A DNA stretch of 64,000 nt from Roseomonas sp. (GTDB lineage Bacteria > Pseudomonadota > Alphaproteobacteria > Acetobacterales > Acetobacteraceae), in assembly GCA_020249465.1 (NCBI GenBank), contig JADCFP010000026.1, positions 10,861 to 74,860 of the forward strand. The letters run 5' to 3'. Under the pieces are notes generated by a model. It did no database searches. It saw nothing but the letters and a program-made list of their open reading frames with translations, and was not told the origin of the DNA. The position numbers and the translations under genes are program-made. Shown in pieces: positions 17,355-27,179 of this stretch. Within the stretch, counting starts at the first letter, position 1. Each line of letters starts with the position of its first letter.

Positions 17355-18422
17355 ATGGTCCATGCTCCGAACCGTCCGCCGCCAGGTGCGCCGCCTGTGC
17401 GCATCAACCTCTATTCCGATACGCAAACCCGCCCGACGCCGGCCATGAAGGAAGCCATGATGCGCGCCGAAGTGGGCGATGAGCAGCATGGCGATGACCC
17501 GACCGTACATGAGCTATGCGACCGCATGGCCGCGCTGATGGGCAAGGAAGCGGCGATGTATTTGCCGTCCGGCACCATGTGCAATGTGGTCGCGATCCTG
17601 ACCCATTGCCAAAAGGGTGATGAGGTGGTGGCGCATGAAACCAGCCACATTCTGCATAGCGAAGGCGGCACCCATGCCGCGCTGACCGGCGTGCAGATCA
17701 TGCCGATGCGCGGGCCGAAGGGCATGTTCACGGCGGATGACCTCCGCGGCGCCATTCGCCCCAAAACCCGCTACACCCCGCCGCAAAGGCTGCTGGAGGT
17801 GGAACAAACCGCAAATATCGGCGGAGGCGCGGTTTGGCCGCTGGCGCAGCTTAATGCCGTCGCGGCGGTCGCGCATGGCGAAGGCTGGGCCACGCATATG
17901 GATGGCGCGCGGCTGATGAATGCCTGTGTTGCCGCCGGTGTGGCGCCCAAAGATATGGTTGCGTCCTATGATTCTGTCTGGCTGGATTTCACCAAGGGGC
18001 TGGGCGCGCCGCTGGGGGCTGTGCTCTGTGGTAGCAATGAATTCATTGGCCGCGCCTGGCGTTGGAAGCAGCGCCTGGGTGGTTCCATGCGCCAGGGCGG
18101 CATTTGCGCCGCCGCCTGCATCTATGCGCTAGACCACAATATTGATCGGCTGGCCGAAGACCACGCCAATGCCAAGGCGCTGGCGCGGGGCCTTGCGCAG
18201 ATTGAAGGCGTGAAGGTGGAAGACCCGGAAACCAATCTGGTGTTCTTCGATATCAGCGGCACGGGCATGGATGTCGCTCGCTTGCAGGAAAAGCTGCAAA
18301 TGCGCGGCATTGCCGTGAGCGGCCTTGGCGGGCGCGTGCGCGCCTGCACGCATCTGGATGTCACCGCGCCGATGATTGATGAGGCGGTCACGGAAATCCG
18401 CGCTGCGCTGAAGGCAGCTTAA
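17355..18422 (+). CDS. ltaE: Low-specificity L-threonine aldolase (beta-eliminating lyase family, PLP)
   Basis: Start moved to MVHAPN.. (AGGGAA SD). ...INLYSDTQTRPTPAMKEAMMRAEVGDEQHGDDPTVHELCDRMAALMGKEAAMYLPSGTMCN. Confidence 0.75.
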   Translation: MVHAPNRPPPGAPPVRINLYSDTQTRPTPAMKEAMMRAEVGDEQHGDDPTVHELCDRMAALMGKEAAMYLPSGTMCNVVAILTHCQKGDEVVAHETSHILHSEGGTHAALTGVQIMPMRGPKGMFTADDLRGAIRPKTRYTPPQRLLEVEQTANIGGGAVWPLAQLNAVAAVAHGEGWATHMDGARLMNACVAAGVAPKDMVASYDSVWLDFTKGLGAPLGAVLCGSNEFIGRAWRWKQRLGGSMRQGGICAAACIYALDHNIDRLAEDHANAKALARGLAQIEGVKVEDPETNLVFFDISGTGMDVARLQEKLQMRGIAVSGLGGRVRACTHLDVTAPMIDEAVTEIRAALKAA

Positions 18423-18431
18423 CTCAACGCG

Positions 18432-18464
18432 TGATCCGCCCAGGCCTTCAACCCGGGCGGATCA
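18432..18464. terminator. Bidirectional terminator-like hairpin between convergent genes
   Basis: TGATCCGCCCAGG-ccttcaa-CCCGGGCGGATCA: 13-bp stem with one mismatch. No strong T-run. Confidence 0.45.
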
Positions 18465-18467
18465 GCG

Positions 18468-19400
18468 TTAAGCCTCAAAACGCGGCATTGCGACGCGCTT
18501 GCCGAGCGCCAGCGCATCCAGCGTCATTTGCAGCGGCGCAAGATCGGCCTCGCTCTCGCCGTTCGATACCAATTCGGCGAAGCGGGCATAAAGCATCGGG
18601 TATTCCTCCCGCGCTTCCTGCACCGTCACTCGGCCATCAATCACCAGCGTCCCACCGCTATCCAGCAGCGCCACTTCATGGCCGCAGCCTGTGGTCATGT
18701 GCAGTTCTCGCTGATCGGGACCGACATGACCCCAATTCGCGTGCAACTCCAACGGGCCGGCGCCATCCAAGCTACCGAAGCGAATCATGGCCGCAAGCGG
18801 CGCGGCGTGGTTCGCGGCGATATGTAGTTCCGCGCTCTGCACAAAAGGTGGCGGCGTGAAGATCCGGCTGATGACCGATAGCGCATTGATCGCCATATCG
18901 AAAACGCCAAGCCCATCAGCTTGCCAAATCCATTCCTGATCGGGGTGGTAGACGCGAAAATCCTCATGCCAATCCACGCGCAGCCGGGCCAGATGCTTAT
19001 CAGCGAGAAAAACGCGCGCAGCCTCTACCGCGCGATTGTATTGCGAATGCCAGGACGCATAGAGAACGCGCCCAGAGCGCGCTGCCAATTGCACCAGCGC
19101 CTCTGCCTCACCCATTGTCGCAGCGGGAGGCTTTTCCAACAGTACATGCTTGCCCGCGCGAAGCGCATCGCGCGCAATGGCGAAACGCGCCGCGGGTGGC
19201 GTGCAGATCGCGACCGCATCCAGCGCGCAAGCGGCGAACATGGCGTGATGGTCCGTGTAGATGGGCAAACCGGCGACGGGTTCGCCGCCGCCCAGATCAG
19301 CGAGCCCCGCCAAGGTAAAGCCGGCATTGGCTGCGATGGCCGGCACATGCCGCTTACGCGCAATTTGCCCCAAGCCCACAATGCCGATGCTGATCGCCAT
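18468..19400 (-). CDS. Gfo/Idh/MocA-family NAD(P) oxidoreductase (galactose 1-dehydrogenase-like)
   Basis: The track ORF 18468-20402 is over-extended, antisense to pbpC. The real start is MAISIGIVGLGQIARKRHVPAIAANAGFTLAGLADL with AAGGGGG upstream. Contains the EKP motif (LLEKPPAAT). Confidence 0.8.
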   Translation of the reverse strand: MAISIGIVGLGQIARKRHVPAIAANAGFTLAGLADLGGGEPVAGLPIYTDHHAMFAACALDAVAICTPPAARFAIARDALRAGKHVLLEKPPAATMGEAEALVQLAARSGRVLYASWHSQYNRAVEAARVFLADKHLARLRVDWHEDFRVYHPDQEWIWQADGLGVFDMAINALSVISRIFTPPPFVQSAELHIAANHAAPLAAMIRFGSLDGAGPLELHANWGHVGPDQRELHMTTGCGHEVALLDSGGTLVIDGRVTVQEAREEYPMLYARFAELVSNGESEADLAPLQMTLDALALGKRVAMPRFEA

Positions 19401-19574
19401 GGCCGCCCCCTTCATCCTGCGCCTGCCAATAGCGCGCGCATTGGCGAAGCTTATCGGAATCCGGGAAGCCGCCCAGGGGCACGCGCCAGCTTTTGCTTGA
19501 CATGATGGAGCGACCCCGAATGACATGCGCCCGATGCATCGGAACGGAGCCCGCCTGTGACGCCGCCGCGCGCC

Positions 19575-21587
19575 ATGCTGCGCAAACGGCAGCTTTGGAT
19601 GCTCGCCGCTTGCCTTGGCGCGCTGTTGCTCGCGCCTTTTGCACTGGATCGGCTTTTCCCGCCCAATCTCTCGCGCCTGCATGCTGTGGGCGTGGAGGTA
19701 CAGGATCGCGACGGGCGCATTCTTTCCGTGCTGCCCGCGCCGGGCGGATTTTGGCGTCTGGCGACGCGGCCCGAAGATGTCTCCCCCATTCTGCTTGACC
19801 TGCTGATCGCGGCGGAGGATCGGCGCTTTTATTATCACGCCGGCGTTGATCCGCTGGCGCTGGCGCGCGCGGCGGGGCAATGGTTGCGCGCGGGGCGGGT
19901 GGTCTCGGGCGGGTCCACCATCACCATGCAGGCGGCGCGGCTTTTGGAACCGCGCCCGCGCGGGCTGCGTGCCAAGACGATAGAAATCTTCCGCGCCTTT
20001 CAATTGGAAGCGCGTTTCAGCAAGCAGGAAATCCTGGGCATCTGGCTGACCCTCGCCCCGCAAACCGGCAATATCGAAGGCATTCGCGCCGGCGCCTTGG
20101 CCTGGTTTGGCAGACCCGCCAGCCGTCTTGATGCAGCGGAAGCCGCCTTGCTGATCGCCCTGGCGCGCCGCCCGGCAGCGCTCAGCCCTGACCGCCACGC
20201 GGAAGCGGCGCGCGCGGCGCGGGATGATGTGCTCCGCCGGCGCGGGGCCGCAATGCTCTCCGCCGAGGATCAGGCGCTGGCGCTGGCGGCACCCTTGCCC
20301 AATGCGCGGCTGCCCATGCCTGGCTTGGCGCCGCATCTCGCGCGGGAATTGGCGCGGCGCGGCGATTCCCCCATCCGCAGCAGCCTGGATGCCGGGCTGC
20401 AACGCGCCGGCGAAAGACTGGCACAGGAGGCACTGGTGCGCCTGCCGGAGCGGGCCAGCGTGGCGCTGATCATTGCTGATCTCCGCACGCGCGAAACCCG
20501 CGCCTTGGTGGGCGGGGCCTTTGGCGCCGAGACGCGCGCCGGCGCGCTGGATTTGACGCGGGCGACCCGTTCGCCCGGTTCCGCGCTAAAACCCTTTCTC
20601 TATGCCATGGCCTTTGAGCAGGGGCTTGTGCGCCCCGACACGCTGCTTTCCGATTTGCCGCGCCGCTTTGGCGCCTATGCGCCTGAAAATTTCGATCGCG
20701 GTTTTGTCGGCCGCATCACGGCCGCCGAGGCCCTGCGGCTTTCGCTCAACCTGCCCGCGGTCGCGCTTTTGGATGGCATTGGGCCGGCACGGTTTGCGGC
20801 ATCGCTCCGCTCAGCCGGGGCAGCGCCGGTGCTGCCGCGCGCGGTGGATGCGTCCCTGCCTTTGGCGCTTGGCGGCGCGGGGACGACGCTGCGCGACATG
20901 GTCGGGCTTTATGCGTTGCTCGGTGATGGCGGGCGGGCGGGCGGGCTGCGCTTCACCCCCGGGCCGGCACCACAAGGCGCGCCGGTTTTGGAGGCACGCG
21001 CTGCGGCGGCGGTCGCCGGGCTTTTGGTGCAGGAATTTCCGGGCGGCGGGCCGCGCGGCGTCGCGTGGAAGACCGGGACCTCCTGGGGCGGGCGCGATGC
21101 CTGGGCCTTTGGTTTTGATGGCCGGCATGTCGCGGGGGTTTGGGTGGGGCGGCCCGATGGCACGCCAATTCCGGGCCTGACCGGGCGGGATGCGGCGCTG
21201 CCCTTACTCGCGCGGGTTTTTGCCTTGGTACCGGAGGCACCTTTGGAACGCGCGCCAAGCCGCCCGGATGCGCCGATGGCGGCCTTGGGGAGTGATCCCT
21301 TGCGCCTGATCTTCCCCCCGCCCGGCGCGGTTCTGGCGGAAGGCGCGGGGCCGGTGGTGCTGCGCGTGGCCGGCGGGCGGCGGCCGCTAGTATTTCTGGT
21401 GGATGGCGCGCCGCTGGCGCGGGATGCGGCGCGGCGCGAATTAGGCTGGACCCCGCCCGGCCCCGGCTTCTACCGCATTGCGGTGATGGATGCCGAAGGC
21501 GCGCTTGTTGCCGCCGATGTACGGGTTTCTGCCCCCGGCGCCCCGCGCACGGAGGGTGCCGTTCTGCGCTTGACCCCCGCCGAGTGA
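19575..21587 (+). CDS. pbpC: Penicillin-binding protein 1C (transglycosylase plus transpeptidase plus PBP1C C-terminal domain)
   Basis: MLRKRQLWMLAACLGALLLAP membrane anchor. GT51 motifs EDRRFYYHAGVD and GGSTITMQ. Transpeptidase SPGSALKP. C-terminal ...FLVDGAPLA...GFYRIAVMDAEG. An alternative GTG start exists at 19557. Confidence 0.85.
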   Translation: MLRKRQLWMLAACLGALLLAPFALDRLFPPNLSRLHAVGVEVQDRDGRILSVLPAPGGFWRLATRPEDVSPILLDLLIAAEDRRFYYHAGVDPLALARAAGQWLRAGRVVSGGSTITMQAARLLEPRPRGLRAKTIEIFRAFQLEARFSKQEILGIWLTLAPQTGNIEGIRAGALAWFGRPASRLDAAEAALLIALARRPAALSPDRHAEAARAARDDVLRRRGAAMLSAEDQALALAAPLPNARLPMPGLAPHLARELARRGDSPIRSSLDAGLQRAGERLAQEALVRLPERASVALIIADLRTRETRALVGGAFGAETRAGALDLTRATRSPGSALKPFLYAMAFEQGLVRPDTLLSDLPRRFGAYAPENFDRGFVGRITAAEALRLSLNLPAVALLDGIGPARFAASLRSAGAAPVLPRAVDASLPLALGGAGTTLRDMVGLYALLGDGGRAGGLRFTPGPAPQGAPVLEARAAAAVAGLLVQEFPGGGPRGVAWKTGTSWGGRDAWAFGFDGRHVAGVWVGRPDGTPIPGLTGRDAALPLLARVFALVPEAPLERAPSRPDAPMAALGSDPLRLIFPPPGAVLAEGAGPVVLRVAGGRRPLVFLVDGAPLARDAARRELGWTPPGPGFYRIAVMDAEGALVAADVRVSAPGAPRTEGAVLRLTPAE

Positions 21588-21623
21588 ATCGGGGGCTTGC
21601 GCGCAAGGGGCGCTCGCCCGACC

Positions 21624-22496
21624 ATGGGCGACAGAAAGACGGAGCAGAGCGTGGCGCAGTTCAAAGGCACTGAAAGATATGTCGCAACCCGAGAGCTGGA
21701 GGTTGCGGTCAATGCCGCGGTGGCGTTGGAACGCCCGCTGCTGATCAAGGGCGAACCCGGCACCGGCAAGACCGTACTGGCGCAGGAAATCGCCAAGGCA
21801 CTCGGCTATCCGCTGATTGAATGGCACATCAAATCCACCACCAAGGCGCAGCAGGGCCTTTACGAATATGATGCGGTGAGCCGGTTGCGCGACGGCCAAC
21901 TTGGCGATCCGCGCGTGCATGACATTGCGAATTACATTGTGCGCGGCAAGCTTTGGGAAGCCTTTGAAGCCGACCACCCGGTGGTGCTGCTGATTGATGA
22001 AATAGACAAGGCCGATATCGAATTTCCAAACGATCTGCTACTGGAGCTGGATCGCATGGAATTCTATGTTTATGAGCTACGCCGCAATGTGAAGGCGCGG
22101 CATCGGCCGGTCGTGATCATCACGTCAAACAATGAAAAGGAATTACCGGACGCGTTTTTGCGCCGCTGCTTCTTCCATTACATCCGCTTCCCGGATCGGG
22201 AGACGATGGAGAGGATCGTGCAAACGCATTTCCCGAATATCCGCCAGGATCTGCTGCGGGAGGCTTTGACGGTATTCTTCGATGTGCGCGGCGTGAATGA
22301 ATTGAAGAAGAAGCCAGCCACATCGGAATTATTGGATTGGCTGAAGCTGCTGACGATTGAAGACATGCCGCCCGAAGCGCTGCGCAGCCAGGACAATAAA
22401 ACCGCGATTCCGCCGCTTTATGGCGCCTTGCTCAAGAACGAACAGGATGTGCATTTGTTCGAACGTCTGGCCTTCCTGACGCGGCGGAAGGTCTGA
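21624..22496 (+). CDS. MoxR-class AAA+ ATPase (CoxD-like)
   Basis: Walker A LIKGEPGTGKTVLAQEIA, Walker B VLLIDEIDKA; about 290 aa. Confidence 0.85.
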   Translation: MGDRKTEQSVAQFKGTERYVATRELEVAVNAAVALERPLLIKGEPGTGKTVLAQEIAKALGYPLIEWHIKSTTKAQQGLYEYDAVSRLRDGQLGDPRVHDIANYIVRGKLWEAFEADHPVVLLIDEIDKADIEFPNDLLLELDRMEFYVYELRRNVKARHRPVVIITSNNEKELPDAFLRRCFFHYIRFPDRETMERIVQTHFPNIRQDLLREALTVFFDVRGVNELKKKPATSELLDWLKLLTIEDMPPEALRSQDNKTAIPPLYGALLKNEQDVHLFERLAFLTRRKV

Positions 22497-22525
22497 TGCG
22501 GCGGCTGCACCGATAGGCGAGGCCG

Positions 22526-23710
22526 ATGTTCGCGCCCTTCATCATTGCGCTGCGCGCTGCCGGTGTGCCGGCTTCCATTACGGAATATTTGGCGTTGCTG
22601 CGCGCCATGAAGGCCGGCGTGGTGGGCTTTGATGTGGAGGATTTCTACCATCTGGCGCGCGCTGCGCTCGTGAAGGATGAACGCCATCTGGATCGCTTTG
22701 ACCGTGTTTTTGGCGAAATCTTCAAGGGTCTGGAATCACCGCCCGGCACAGCGGAAACCACGGTGGAAATCCCCGCCGAATGGCTGCGCAAAATGGCCGA
22801 GAAACTCCTGACCGAGGAAGAACGTGCGCAAATCGAAGCCCTTGGCGGTTTCGATAAGCTGATGGAAACGCTACGCCAGCGCCTGGCGGAACAAAAGGGC
22901 CGGCATCAGGGCGGTTCAAAATGGATCGGCACTGCCGGTACATCGCCCTTCGGCGCCTATGGCTATAATCCGGAAGGTGTCAGGATAGGGCAGGAAGAAA
23001 GCCGCAATCGCCGGGCTGCCAAGGTGTGGGATAAGCGCGTCTACAAGGATTTGGACGAGGATGAGGCGCTGTCATCGCGCAACATGAAGGTGGCACTGCG
23101 CCGGTTACGCCGCTTTGCCCGCACAGGTGCCGCGACGGAATTGGATATGCCGGGCACGATTGGCGCGACCGCGCGCAATGGCGGGTCGCTTGATCTGCAT
23201 ATGGTGCCGGAACGGCGGAATGCGGTGAAGGTGTTGCTGCTGATGGATATTGGCGGTTCCATGGATGATCATATCCGCATCTGTCAGGAATTGTTCTCCG
23301 CCGCGCGTGGTGAATTCAAGCATCTGGAATTCTACTATTTCCATAATTGCCCCTATGAGAGGCTGTGGCGCGAAAATCGCCGGCGTAAGGAAACCGAAAA
23401 ATCCACGCAGGAGGTCCTGCGCACCTATGGCCCGGATTGGCGCCTGGTGCTGGTGGGTGATGCCACCATGGGGCCTTATGAAATCTCTCAGCCTGGCGGT
23501 TCCGTTGAACATTGGAATGAGGAATCAGGTGTGGTTTGGATGGGCCGCCTGACGCGGCATTTCCGCCGCGCCGCCTGGCTCAATCCCGTGGATCAACAGC
23601 ATTGGCGCTATACTCATTCCATCGGCATGATGCAGGGGCTGATGGAAAACCGCATGCATCCGCTGACCCTGGCGGGGCTTGAATCCATGGCGCGGGAATT
23701 GGCGAAATGA
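22526..23710 (+). CDS. VWA-domain protein (CoxE-like partner of the MoxR ATPase)
   Basis: 394 aa; N-terminal MFAPFIIALRAAGVPASITEYLALLRAM is typical of CoxE-like proteins; C-terminal VWA with MIDAS-like DIGGSM. Confidence 0.8.
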   Translation: MFAPFIIALRAAGVPASITEYLALLRAMKAGVVGFDVEDFYHLARAALVKDERHLDRFDRVFGEIFKGLESPPGTAETTVEIPAEWLRKMAEKLLTEEERAQIEALGGFDKLMETLRQRLAEQKGRHQGGSKWIGTAGTSPFGAYGYNPEGVRIGQEESRNRRAAKVWDKRVYKDLDEDEALSSRNMKVALRRLRRFARTGAATELDMPGTIGATARNGGSLDLHMVPERRNAVKVLLLMDIGGSMDDHIRICQELFSAARGEFKHLEFYYFHNCPYERLWRENRRRKETEKSTQEVLRTYGPDWRLVLVGDATMGPYEISQPGGSVEHWNEESGVVWMGRLTRHFRRAAWLNPVDQQHWRYTHSIGMMQGLMENRMHPLTLAGLESMARELAK

Positions 23711-23755
23711 TGCCTGCGTCGCAATTAAATGATCGAAAGAAGGAAACGCTGTTTC

Positions 23756-24949
23756 ATGGCCTCTAAGCCTCGTCTGCCGCGCGGGCGGCAATTCTTTGCC
23801 AACCCCGGCCCGACCAATATTCCGGACTCGGTGCTGCTTGCGGTGGCGCATGTCACGGTTGACTTCAACGATCCGGCTTTCATGCCTGTCTATGAAAAAT
23901 GCGTCGCAGGGCTGAAGCGCATTTTGAAGACGGAGCAGGAAGTCTTTATGTACACCGGCTCAGGCCACGCGGCCTGGGAAGCGAGTCTGGTCAATCTATT
24001 CTCCCCCGGTGACACGGTCGCCATTATTGAAACTGGCCATTTTTCGCAAAGCTGGGCGCAAATGGCCGAGGATTTATCCCTGAAGGCCGAAGTGATCAGC
24101 GCGGATTGGCGCCGAGGCGTTGATTTTGCCGCGCTGCGCGCAACGCTCGCCGCCGATAAGGATCATCGCATCAAGGCGATTTGCGCCGTGCATAATGAAA
24201 CCGCGACAGGCATGGAATTGCCGTTGAAGGAAGTGCGGGCAGCACTGGATGCTACGAAGCATCCTGCCCTTTTGCTGAGTGATACGATCTCCTCGCTCGG
24301 CTCACTCGATTTTCGTATGGATGAATGGGGCGTGGATGTTGCCGTGGGCGGCAGCCAAAAAGGCTTGATGCTGCCAACCGGCATGTCCTTCACCGGCGTT
24401 TCGGCCAAGGCGATGGCGGCGCATAAGACATCGCGCCTGCCGAAATCCTACCTGTCCTGGACGAATATGCTGACGCGGAAGCACAAATCCTTCGTCGGCA
24501 CAGTGCCCACTTCTTTCTTCTATGGCTTGCAGGAAAGTCTGCGCTTGCTGGAAGAAGAAGGGCTCGATCAGGTTTTCGCGCGCCATTCGCGCCTTGCGGA
24601 AGCAGTGCGGCGTTGCGTACGCCATTGGTCCGGCAATGCCGGGCCGCAGCTTTTCTGCATGAACCCGGATAGGTATTCGGATAGCGTCACCTCCATCCTG
24701 ATGCCCGAAGGCCATGATGCGGAAGCGGTGCGCCGGACAGCGCTGCAAAGCTTCAATGTCTCGCTCGGCGGCGGGCTTGGGCCTTTGGGCGGCAAGGTAT
24801 TCCGTATCGGCCATTTGGGCGATTTGAATGAACCGATGATTTTGGGCACGCTTTCTGTCGTGGAAATGGCGCTGAAGCTGAATGGCGTGCCGCATGCGCC
24901 AGGCGGTGTGGCAGCAGCGATGGAATATCTGGCGGAAGCCGCGCGTTGA
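23756..24949 (+). CDS. Class V aminotransferase (serine/alanine-glyoxylate aminotransferase-like)
   Basis: Start moved to MASKPRLPRGRQFFANPGPTNIPDSVL (AAGGAAAC SD). GSQKGLMLP PLP-lysine motif. Confidence 0.8.
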   Translation: MASKPRLPRGRQFFANPGPTNIPDSVLLAVAHVTVDFNDPAFMPVYEKCVAGLKRILKTEQEVFMYTGSGHAAWEASLVNLFSPGDTVAIIETGHFSQSWAQMAEDLSLKAEVISADWRRGVDFAALRATLAADKDHRIKAICAVHNETATGMELPLKEVRAALDATKHPALLLSDTISSLGSLDFRMDEWGVDVAVGGSQKGLMLPTGMSFTGVSAKAMAAHKTSRLPKSYLSWTNMLTRKHKSFVGTVPTSFFYGLQESLRLLEEEGLDQVFARHSRLAEAVRRCVRHWSGNAGPQLFCMNPDRYSDSVTSILMPEGHDAEAVRRTALQSFNVSLGGGLGPLGGKVFRIGHLGDLNEPMILGTLSVVEMALKLNGVPHAPGGVAAAMEYLAEAAR

Positions 24950-24957
24950 CGTGAAGT

Positions 24958-24984
24958 AAGGGGCGCGCCATCGCGCGCGCCCTT
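24958..24984 (+). terminator. GC-rich hairpin after the aminotransferase gene
   Basis: AAGGGGCGCGC-catc-GCGCGCGCCCTT with one bulge, followed by a weak T tract. Confidence 0.35.
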
Positions 24985-25034
24985 CATAGACCAGACTGGC
25001 GCATTAAGCCGGCAGAGAAGGAGGAAGCAAGGCA

Positions 25035-27170
25035 ATGTCCATCACCCATCGCGGCGTTTATCGCCATGCCGAAATGCAGCGGCTGTTCAACCCTGCCTCA
25101 ATCGCCGTGATCGGCGCTTCCCCGCGTGCAGGTTCCTTTGCGGATCGCACCATTAGCGCACTTGCCGGCTATACGGGGCGGCTTCATTTGGTGAATAGTC
25201 GCTATGAAAAAATTGGTGAGCGGCCCTGCTACCCTTCTGTCGCCGCACTGCCGGAAGTGCCGGATTGCTGCATTGTGGTCGCTGCCAAGGACGCGGTGGA
25301 AGAAATCGCGACCGATTGCGCCAAGGCCGGCGTTGGTGGCGTGATGATCTATGCCTCCGGTTTTTCGGAAACCGGACGGCCAGAGGATATCGCCGCGCAG
25401 CAGCGCCTGGCGGCGATTGGCCGCAATGCAGGCATGCGTATTGTCGGGCCGAATTGCATCGGCATGCTGAATTTCGACAGCAAGGCCGGCGTGACCTTCA
25501 TGATCCCTCCGCCGATGGAAGCGCCCCTGCCGCATGCGGTTGGTCTGGTCAGCCAATCCGGCGCGCTTGGTTTTTCCTTGGCGCAGGCGGTGATGCGTGG
25601 TGTGTCCGTGAGCCACCTTCTCACTACCGGCAATTCTTCCGATATTGATGTCGCGGATTGCGTTTCCTTCCTGGCGGATGATCCGGGCTGCCGCGCGATT
25701 GCTTGCGTTTTTGAAGGCATGCCGGACCCGATGCGCTTCATTGAAGCGGCGCAAATCGCCGATGCTGCTGACAAGCCCTTGATTGTCTTCAAGCTAGGCA
25801 CCGGTGAGCAAGGCGCGGCGGCGGCGATGTCTCATACCGGGTCACTCGCGGGTTCCCAGGCGGCCTATCGCGCGGCGTTTGAACGCGCGGGCGCGATACT
25901 CGTGGATAATTTCGAAGCCATGGTGGAAACCGCTTCCTTCATGGCAAAGGCGCCCAAGCCCAAGGCGCGCGGTGTGGCGGTGGTGGCGGTCTCCGGCGGG
26001 GCGGCGATCATGTCGGCTGATCGTGCGGAAGAACGCGGCATTCCGCTGCCGCAGCCAACCCCGCCGGTGCAGGCCATTCTGGAATCGCGCATTCCGGATT
26101 TCGGTTCCGCGCGCAATCCTTGTGATGTTACCGCGCAAGTCGCGAATGACCCGGAAAGCCTGACGGCGTGCGCTTCCGCCATGCTGGGTGAGGATCATTA
26201 CGGCACGCTGCTTTATGCACAGATTTATTCTACCGAGCTTTCCGCCAAGCGCCCCGGCGAATTGGCCGCCATCGCGGAAAAGCATGATAAGCCGATTTGC
26301 GTGGTCTGGACCACGGAATGGTTGGAAGGCCATGGCTCTCGTGAGGCGGAGCAAAACCCCCGCATCGGCCTGTTCCGGTCCATGGATCGCTGCTTTGCCA
26401 CGCTCGATCATTGGCATAAGCGCGAAGAACGGCGCGGCGCCGGCCCGCGGCAATATCAGCGCCTGGCACGGCCCGAAGCGGCGCAGGAAGCGGCGACGCT
26501 GATCAAGGCCGCGCAGGACCGCACGCTGACGGAACGCGAAGCGAAGCAAGTATTGGCCGCCTATGGCGTGCCGGTGGTGCCAGAACGGCTGACGACAAAC
26601 GAAGATGAGGCATTAATCGCCGCCAAGGCGCTGGGCTGGCCGGTGGCGATCAAGGTGGAAAGCCCGGATTTGCCGCATAAGACCGAAGCCGGGGTCATTC
26701 GCCTGAAGCTGAAGGATGAAGCCGAATTGCGCGATGCCTTCCGCGCTGTCATGGCCAATGCCAAGCATCATGCGCCGAATGCGCGTATCAACGGCGTACT
26801 GGTGCAACCCATGGCGAAGCCGGGCGTGGAAATCATGGTGGGCGCGCGGATTGACCCGCTGATGGGGCCGTTGGTGGTGGTTGGCCTGGGTGGCATTCTG
26901 GTGGAATTGATGCGCGATTCAGCCTTGGCGCTGGCGCCCGTTACCAAGACCGAAGCGCGCGATATGCTCGGTCGCTTGAAAGGCCGCGCGGCACTGGAAG
27001 GCTTCCGTGGCGCGCCGGCCGCCGATATGGATCGGCTTTCGGATATCATCGTGCGGCTCTCGGAATTCGCCGCCGATCAGCGCGCCCTGATCGCTGAGCT
27101 TGATGTGAACCCCATCATTATCGCCGGCAGTGACGCTGTGGCGGTGGATGCGCTGATTGTGAAAGCCTGA
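25035..27170 (+). CDS. ADP-forming acyl-CoA synthetase (acetate-CoA ligase family; CoA-binding plus ATP-grasp domains)
   Basis: 711 aa; FNPASIAVIGAS CoA-binding start, MSHTGSLAGS phospho-His loop, C-terminal ATP-grasp (LTEREAKQVLAAYGVPV). Confidence 0.85.
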   Translation: MSITHRGVYRHAEMQRLFNPASIAVIGASPRAGSFADRTISALAGYTGRLHLVNSRYEKIGERPCYPSVAALPEVPDCCIVVAAKDAVEEIATDCAKAGVGGVMIYASGFSETGRPEDIAAQQRLAAIGRNAGMRIVGPNCIGMLNFDSKAGVTFMIPPPMEAPLPHAVGLVSQSGALGFSLAQAVMRGVSVSHLLTTGNSSDIDVADCVSFLADDPGCRAIACVFEGMPDPMRFIEAAQIADAADKPLIVFKLGTGEQGAAAAMSHTGSLAGSQAAYRAAFERAGAILVDNFEAMVETASFMAKAPKPKARGVAVVAVSGGAAIMSADRAEERGIPLPQPTPPVQAILESRIPDFGSARNPCDVTAQVANDPESLTACASAMLGEDHYGTLLYAQIYSTELSAKRPGELAAIAEKHDKPICVVWTTEWLEGHGSREAEQNPRIGLFRSMDRCFATLDHWHKREERRGAGPRQYQRLARPEAAQEAATLIKAAQDRTLTEREAKQVLAAYGVPVVPERLTTNEDEALIAAKALGWPVAIKVESPDLPHKTEAGVIRLKLKDEAELRDAFRAVMANAKHHAPNARINGVLVQPMAKPGVEIMVGARIDPLMGPLVVVGLGGILVELMRDSALALAPVTKTEARDMLGRLKGRAALEGFRGAPAADMDRLSDIIVRLSEFAADQRALIAELDVNPIIIAGSDAVAVDALIVKA

Positions 27171-27179
27171 GGCAGACCC

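Noticed and set aside
18468-20402. Very long fused ORFs suggesting multi-domain proteins: 18468-20402(-), 11249-12826(+), 38587-39948(-), 57143-58486(+), 60725-61858(+), 61866-63350(-).
   Set aside because: The N-terminal parts run antisense to, or through, neighbouring genes and have junk composition. Internal ATG/GTG codons with Shine-Dalgarno sequences give canonical N-termini of the recognised families, so the extensions are artefacts.
21624-23710. MoxR-VWA pair as a vWA-MoxR conflict or defence system.
   Set aside because: Only the two-gene CoxD/CoxE-like core is present. There are no associated effector, protease, STAND or other third components, and the pair looks like the widely conserved housekeeping type.
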